Source: Candidatus Latescibacterota bacterium (GTDB taxonomy: Bacteria; Latescibacterota; UBA2968; GCA-2709665). From it: DNA of 64,000 bases. Position 1 is the stretch's first letter. Each line of letters starts with the position of its first letter. The position numbers and the translations under genes were made by a program. Under the pieces are notes generated by a model. The model did not search any database, was not told where the DNA came from, and saw only the letters and a program-made list of their open reading frames with translations. The stretch spans positions 1,792,001 to 1,856,000 of the forward strand of contig OZ242358.1 in the NCBI GenBank assembly GCA_965208835.1, in the 5' to 3' direction. This document shows, piece by piece, positions 58,882-64,000 of the stretch.

Positions 58882-58970
58882 TGGTGCCGAAGGGGGGATT
58901 CGAACCCCCACGAGCACGAAGGCTCACTGCGCCCTGAACGCAGCGCGTCTACCAGTTCCACCACTTCGGC
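58882..58970 (-). tRNA. tRNA-Leu(CAG)
   Basis: GCCGAAG acceptor stem, loop TT-CAG-GG, long variable arm, GTTCGAATC, encoded CCA. Confidence 0.96.
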
Positions 58971-59040
58971 ACGTGAGCCCGGGGCCTGGGGCCGGAACCC
59001 GCAGACCGGACATGAAATATATAGAATCGCCCCGGGGTTG

Positions 59041-59475
59041 TCAAGATTCCTCGGCCGCGAACAGGCTCCTGAACCCTTCGGGCATCCGTTTCGGTTTCCG
59101 GGTGTCGTAGTCGAGAAAGGCGATCCCGGTCTTGGCACGGGCGACTTCGAGGCCCGAGTCCCTGTCGGTAATGCGGTAGAAGATGTCGCATCCGATGCGG
59201 CTCATTCCGTCAACCGCGATTTCGAAAGTCAGTGTCTGACCGTAGAAGGCTTCGGACTTGTACTGGATGACGGCGTCAACCATGATGACACCCACCCCGT
59301 CCACGTCCAGTTCGCTGTAGCCGTGACTTTCGAGAAATCGCACCCGCGCCTCGTGGACGAGCGAGAGGACGGCGTTGTTGTCCATGTGCCCACCGTAGTT
59401 GATATCGGCAACGCGAAGGCGGATATCGGTAGCGTAGTTGAAGGTCTCGGGCAGCCCGAGTTTGACGCGGGACAT
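59041..59475 (-). CDS. Hotdog-fold acyl-CoA thioesterase
   Basis: DINYGGHMDN...HEARV. Confidence 0.88.
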   Translation of the reverse strand: MSRVKLGLPETFNYATDIRLRVADINYGGHMDNNAVLSLVHEARVRFLESHGYSELDVDGVGVIMVDAVIQYKSEAFYGQTLTFEIAVDGMSRIGCDIFYRITDRDSGLEVARAKTGIAFLDYDTRKPKRMPEGFRSLFAAEES

Positions 59476-59548
59476 AGCGGGTGTGTCGTATCCTCTCGCT
59501 TGTGCCTGACGGAAGACGGTCCGTTCGCCGGACCGGCGGCATCGCGGC

Positions 59549-62500
59549 TCAGGGCAGGGTCAACCGCCAGACGTCGTTCACCACAGGCCAGGTATTGCCG
59601 GCGACAACCCAGAGGCTGCCCCGGAACACGTAGCACGTGGACTCGTGACGCGGCGAAAAGCGGGTTTCGGGTTTGAACTCGCGCCAGTCCCGGCCGTCTT
59701 CGGTGTACCAGACGTCCCCGAGGTTGACGTAGTTGGCATTGTCGTACCCGCCGATGATCCAGAGTCTGCCCGCATAGACTTTCGGAATGAACCACATCCG
59801 GGGCGACCATGGAGCGTGTTCGAGTATGCGGGTCCAGTGGACGCCGTCCTCCGAGCACCAGACGTCGTTGACCGTTGTATAGTGGGGGTAGCCCTTTTCG
59901 GGCGGGTCGTTAGGCTGCTCGAAGCGGCCGCCCAGGACCCACAGCCGGTCGCCGTACGCAGCTACGGCGGCCGCAGACCTGTCGCCGTACGGCGCGTTGG
60001 ACGTCGCGCGTGTCCACGCGATGCCGTCGCCTGAGTGCCAGACGTCGCCGCCGCTGCCGAGTTGCCACATGCGGTCCCGGAAAACCACCAGTTCGCCGTG
60101 ACCTCGCGGACCAAAGGGGGTTTCTTCCAGCACCCGGGTCCACTCAACGCCGTCGGTGGAGTTCCAGACGCTTCCCTTCACCGCCCACACGCGGTCCTTG
60201 TAGGCCACCAATTCGCTGTAGCCGTCGTACGGCGTGGCTTCGCTGACCAGATGCCAGCTGATGCCGTCGGGTGAGTTCCAGAGGTCCCGCGTAAGGATGT
60301 TGTCGTGGTAATAGGCATTGCTGATCCAGAGTTTGTCCTGAAACACCACGTCCTCGGACGTGTCGCGCGGCGTGAACGGCGCGTGGCGGACCAGGTTGAT
60401 CCAGTCCCCGGTTCTCGTGGCGTTGACGCCGGACATGTTGACGCGCAGGCTGGCCACGGTGGGGATTTCGACCCGCGCGGATCCCGTCCACGACCGCCCG
60501 GGGAAGAACAGGTGCCGGCCCCCGTCCGCCGTGATTTCATACCCCGGGTCATCCTTCAGTTCCAGCAGCGTGCCGCCGTCGTCAGGGTGGTGCAGTCTCG
60601 TGATCTTATGGCCGTACGTGAATCCGTCGCCGTCGGTGACAACGGCGGTGAGGCCGGCGAGGTCCACGCCGGTCGGAAGACCGGTATCGATGAGGAGCCC
60701 GTCCACGTTGTCTCCCGCGGCCTTTCGCGTGGTCCTCAGGACAGCGCCGCTGCGCGTGCCCCTGCCGCCGAGCTTGCGCTTGCCCTTTTCGAGCAGCGTG
60801 CCCCCGATCAGGATCATCTCTTCCACCTCGCCGTTTCGCTCCCGGATGAAGCCGACGCGTCCGCTGAAGCTGAGGTTTCCGGTTGTGAGCAACCGGTTTT
60901 CGTCCGTTGAGGACAGGATGTAGTCGGTAACCTCGCCGGATACGATCCTGAGCGCGATATCCGTTTCCGCGGCGGCGTCCACGTCGAGGCGTTCCGCGCC
61001 GGTAATGGCAGGACGTTCGCCGAAGGGTTCCAGGATGGTGCTGAAGAGGGTGGAAAGGTCCTTGCCTTCGCGGCGATGGACCAGCATCGGCATGGTAATC
61101 TCGTCCAGCCGGACGTCATCCTCATCGGCATTTCGGATGGAGGGCGCCTGTGCGGTGAAGAGTTCGCCGTCGGGGCGGGTCAGGCTGTGGACGCGGACCG
61201 ATCCGGCGGGCTCGGCCATGCTGGAGAACGTCGCGGCCCACGGACGGGTCACGTCGGCGCGGCGCACGTCGCGGATAAACGCGTATCCCAGGTTGTGGCC
61301 CCCGGCGTCGCCCCTGACGCTCTCGCCGGTGGGCAGGGTGGCTGTCACGCCCGCCGGAAGAAGCGTGTTCCCGTGGGGGGCTGCGGGCAGGTCGATTTCG
61401 ACCGCGCCGTCGTGGTCGGCGTCGCCGGCGAGGATGTATTCGTGGCGATGACCGCCGGCGACCCTGAACAGATCGACCACGTAGGTCTGATCGGACGAGA
61501 GGCCGACCTGGATCAGCAGCCGGCGGTAGTTCGACGTCACACCCGGATAGGCGCGGTCGCCCGAGGCTTCGATGGCCTGAAACGTGTCGCTGTGCGGCGC
61601 GAACAGAAGGAGGTTGCCGTCCGACGGCGCCTTTTCGGAACCGTATGACTGGTCTTTGCCGTCCACGGCAACCGTGTTGTGCGACAGCGTGGAGATGGTC
61701 CAGCACCGGTGGCGCGTGTGGGTATAGCCGATATCGCTCAGACGCTCCTGACCGCGCGCGTAGAGGGTGAGGCTCAGCAGATCCGCGTGCTGGTGGCCGT
61801 ATCCGCCCGAGAAGTGGAGGTACGTCTGGGTCTGGTCGTCGCCCTTTCCCATATCGAGGCGGGCATGACCCATGCCGGGCAGGAGCAGGGGGCCGGATGT
61901 TTCAGGGGGGTCTTGCCGTCCTTTTGCCCACGTGTCGTGGGTGGGTACCACGCGGCCGTTCGGATAGCTGAGAAGCTCGGGGATGCCCGCGGCTTTCAAG
62001 AGGATGGGAAAACGGGCGTTCAGGTCCAGATTATCGTAGCGTTCGCCGTCGGTGGGGTGGACGTATCCGTCGGGATCGCTGTAACCGTTCAGTCTTTCCA
62101 TCACCTGACGCAGGCCGCCGATGGTCTGGTTGTGATACGAGATCGCGCCTTCGCGCCACACGCCGTCCACGAAAAAGTTGGCGGTGATGAGTTTTTCGAT
62201 CCGGTCGACCGCGTCGTGAATATAATCCGGTTCCTCCAGGACCCTTCCGGCCGCGACCATGCCGCGCAGCAGCGTGGGGTCCATATTGCCCAGCGCGGGC
62301 GGGTAGCCCCGGATGAAGGCCACGCTGGCGTGGAAGAACCCGTCTTCAATGCGCCGGACCATCGTACTGTCGAGTTCTCCGCTGTCCCGGATGAGGTCGT
62401 ACGTGTAGATGAGATTCTCGGGAATGTCCATGTATGCCCACCAGTCCCACTTGGAGGCGCGGTAGTCCTGGACCGGATACGGAAACCCCTGGCTTCCGGG

Positions 62501-63094
62501 AAAGATGATCTTCTGCCGGAAGGGCAGGTCGTGGTGGACGCAGTACCCGGGATAGACTTCTGCGAACCGGTTCAGAATGAGAGCCGCGCGGCGGGCGAAG
62601 GACGTGTCTCCCGTTGCAAAGTAGACCGCCGCCAGGTCGTGGGCGGCGCCGGCGAAGTAGGCCCGCGCCCGGTACCACCCCTTGGCCTGAAAGAAATGCC
62701 TGTACCCGATTTCGTCCTCCCAGTACGGATATTCCTGGGTCTCATCCGCGGGATTGACCACGCTCAGGGTATCCGTATCCGGGAATTTTGCATTGGGGAA
62801 CTTGAGGCCGCAGTATTTGCAGAAGACACGGTCCGGGTCCTCGATGGTCCAGTCAATCTGACCCTCCTGAGCGCCTCCGTCGCAGTTGGGGCAGTCCACG
62901 AAGAAGATGCCCGCCCGATCTGGAATGATGCGCAGTATTTCGCTTTCAGAGAGTGTGAGAACCGGTTCGAGGTTCCGACGCAGGCGCGCCACGTCGGATT
63001 CGTCCAGGTCCGGCGGAAAGACGGGTTTTGCCTCCGCGGGTTCCGGCAGGAGTACGAGAATGATCAGGACGAGTGCCACGGCGAGAATCAGCAT
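59549..63094 (-). CDS. Secreted heparinase II/III-like protein with C-terminal Kelch-like propeller
   Basis: Signal peptide (AEA-K), CPNC/CKYC, WREGAISYH, GHQHADLL, SHNTVAVDG. C-terminal repeats APFTPR/APWSPR..LW..GG..DVW.S.DG..W. Confidence 0.8.
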   Translation of the reverse strand: MLILAVALVLIILVLLPEPAEAKPVFPPDLDESDVARLRRNLEPVLTLSESEILRIIPDRAGIFFVDCPNCDGGAQEGQIDWTIEDPDRVFCKYCGLKFPNAKFPDTDTLSVVNPADETQEYPYWEDEIGYRHFFQAKGWYRARAYFAGAAHDLAAVYFATGDTSFARRAALILNRFAEVYPGYCVHHDLPFRQKIIFPGSQGFPYPVQDYRASKWDWWAYMDIPENLIYTYDLIRDSGELDSTMVRRIEDGFFHASVAFIRGYPPALGNMDPTLLRGMVAAGRVLEEPDYIHDAVDRIEKLITANFFVDGVWREGAISYHNQTIGGLRQVMERLNGYSDPDGYVHPTDGERYDNLDLNARFPILLKAAGIPELLSYPNGRVVPTHDTWAKGRQDPPETSGPLLLPGMGHARLDMGKGDDQTQTYLHFSGGYGHQHADLLSLTLYARGQERLSDIGYTHTRHRCWTISTLSHNTVAVDGKDQSYGSEKAPSDGNLLLFAPHSDTFQAIEASGDRAYPGVTSNYRRLLIQVGLSSDQTYVVDLFRVAGGHRHEYILAGDADHDGAVEIDLPAAPHGNTLLPAGVTATLPTGESVRGDAGGHNLGYAFIRDVRRADVTRPWAATFSSMAEPAGSVRVHSLTRPDGELFTAQAPSIRNADEDDVRLDEITMPMLVHRREGKDLSTLFSTILEPFGERPAITGAERLDVDAAAETDIALRIVSGEVTDYILSSTDENRLLTTGNLSFSGRVGFIRERNGEVEEMILIGGTLLEKGKRKLGGRGTRSGAVLRTTRKAAGDNVDGLLIDTGLPTGVDLAGLTAVVTDGDGFTYGHKITRLHHPDDGGTLLELKDDPGYEITADGGRHLFFPGRSWTGSARVEIPTVASLRVNMSGVNATRTGDWINLVRHAPFTPRDTSEDVVFQDKLWISNAYYHDNILTRDLWNSPDGISWHLVSEATPYDGYSELVAYKDRVWAVKGSVWNSTDGVEWTRVLEETPFGPRGHGELVVFRDRMWQLGSGGDVWHSGDGIAWTRATSNAPYGDRSAAAVAAYGDRLWVLGGRFEQPNDPPEKGYPHYTTVNDVWCSEDGVHWTRILEHAPWSPRMWFIPKVYAGRLWIIGGYDNANYVNLGDVWYTEDGRDWREFKPETRFSPRHESTCYVFRGSLWVVAGNTWPVVNDVWRLTLP

Positions 63095-63164
63095 AACGGG
63101 ACGTCCTTTCGAATGGAGTCCTTCCGGACGCGCGCGAAACGCGCCTTCGGCGTACGGGTGCCGG

Positions 63165-64000
63165 TCAGCCCCCCGGCGAGGTGTTGCGGCGCAGCACCCG
63201 GCCCGGGAACGCGCCGGTGGGGACGCCGCCTTCCACCGCCGGCTCTCCATTGACCAGCACCCACGGGATTCCCACGGGACCCCCGGTGGGGTTCTCGAAC
63301 GTGGCGGTCGCGTTAACGGTCCGGGGATCGAAGATCACGATGTCGGCGGCCTTCCCGGCGGCGATCTCTCCGCGGTCGGCGAGGCCGAATCGACGGGCGG
63401 GGAATCCGCTCATCTTGTGGATGGCTTCCGCGAGAGAAATCACGCCCTTCTCGCGAACGAATACGCCCGGCACTTGCGCAAAGCAACCGAAACCCCGGGG
63501 GTGGGGATGGCGCACGTTGTAAACGCCGTCGCTCGCGATCATCATTCGCGGATGGTTGACGGTGTTCCTGATCGTGTTTTCGATGGTCTCCGGCGCATCC
63601 TGCCAGGGGAAGATGTAGGTGGACTGGCCGTCCTCCTCCAGGACGAGATCGTATGCGAAGTCCTCCGGAGCGACGCCGGCGCCTGCGGCCAGGTCCGACA
63701 GGGTGGCGCCGATGTAGCGCCCTGAGCGGGTGTGGCCGACCACCTGGTTGCACGCGCCCAGCCAGCCACGGAGATCGGGCAGGATCCGTTTCTTCACCGC
63801 GGGGTCCGCCAGGTGATCCAGAACGTCCGCCGGGGCGCCGATCTGGTCCTCGACGGGGAGCATGATCGTCATGTGAGACATCCCGGCGGGATAGAGGTAG
63901 GACTCGATGCTGAGGTCGATGCCCTCGCGGTCGGCGAGATCGAGAAGCTCGGCGCCCTCCCGGTCGACCCGTTCGTGGGAGTGGTGGACCGGGATGCCGG
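63165..64000 (-). CDS. N-acyl-D-amino-acid deacylase family, 5'-partial
   Basis: IASDG, HPHPRGFGCF, AIHKMSGFPA, GKAADIVIFDP. The frame runs off the window edge. Confidence 0.88.
   Translation of the reverse strand, partial: GIPVHHSHERVDREGAELLDLADREGIDLSIESYLYPAGMSHMTIMLPVEDQIGAPADVLDHLADPAVKKRILPDLRGWLGACNQVVGHTRSGRYIGATLSDLAAGAGVAPEDFAYDLVLEEDGQSTYIFPWQDAPETIENTIRNTVNHPRMMIASDGVYNVRHPHPRGFGCFAQVPGVFVREKGVISLAEAIHKMSGFPARRFGLADRGEIAAGKAADIVIFDPRTVNATATFENPTGGPVGIPWVLVNGEPAVEGGVPTGAFPGRVLRRNTSPGG

Noticed and set aside
17578-58970. Genomic island bounded by tRNA-Leu att sites
   Set aside because: Both are complete tRNAs with different anticodons. The interval is mostly housekeeping genes and has no integrase.

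Overview
GC-rich chromosomal window from a diderm bacterium (LptE, RND pumps). The ankyrin, NHL, phytanoyl-CoA dioxygenase, heparinase-like and form II Cox genes would fit a Latescibacterota/Gemmatimonadota-like, possibly sponge-associated organism, but that is inference only. The backbone carries pfkA-gap-pgk-tpiA-secG-tRNA-Leu(GAG), comF, radC, cysK, lptE, coxSLMG, a Phe T-box controlling an archaeal-type pheST, tRNA-Leu(CAG), two RND permeases and many catabolic enzymes. Five things stand out. (1) An AT-rich pentapeptide-FRG gene sits between ~150-bp diverged direct repeats made of the 3' ends of its two convergent neighbours. (2) A ~6-kb hotspot (36.9-43.0 kb) holds intact and decayed TA modules, an ATPase plus TOPRIM-like (DUF3226-like) pair and a CxxU selenoprotein gene that the ORF track splits; these are punctuated by a 9-bp-period repeat seen nowhere else in the window, giving a cassette-array-like layout. 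(3) Seven copies of a ~130-200-bp element with heptamer-repeat arms occur, two of which supply the stop codon of the adjacent gene. (4) A HAD-YvcK fusion and a second HAD gene lie beside the glycolysis cluster. (5) The T-box-regulated PheRS is of archaeal/eukaryotic architecture. No CRISPR array, integrase or transposase is visible. All calls come from motif reading, not database searches.
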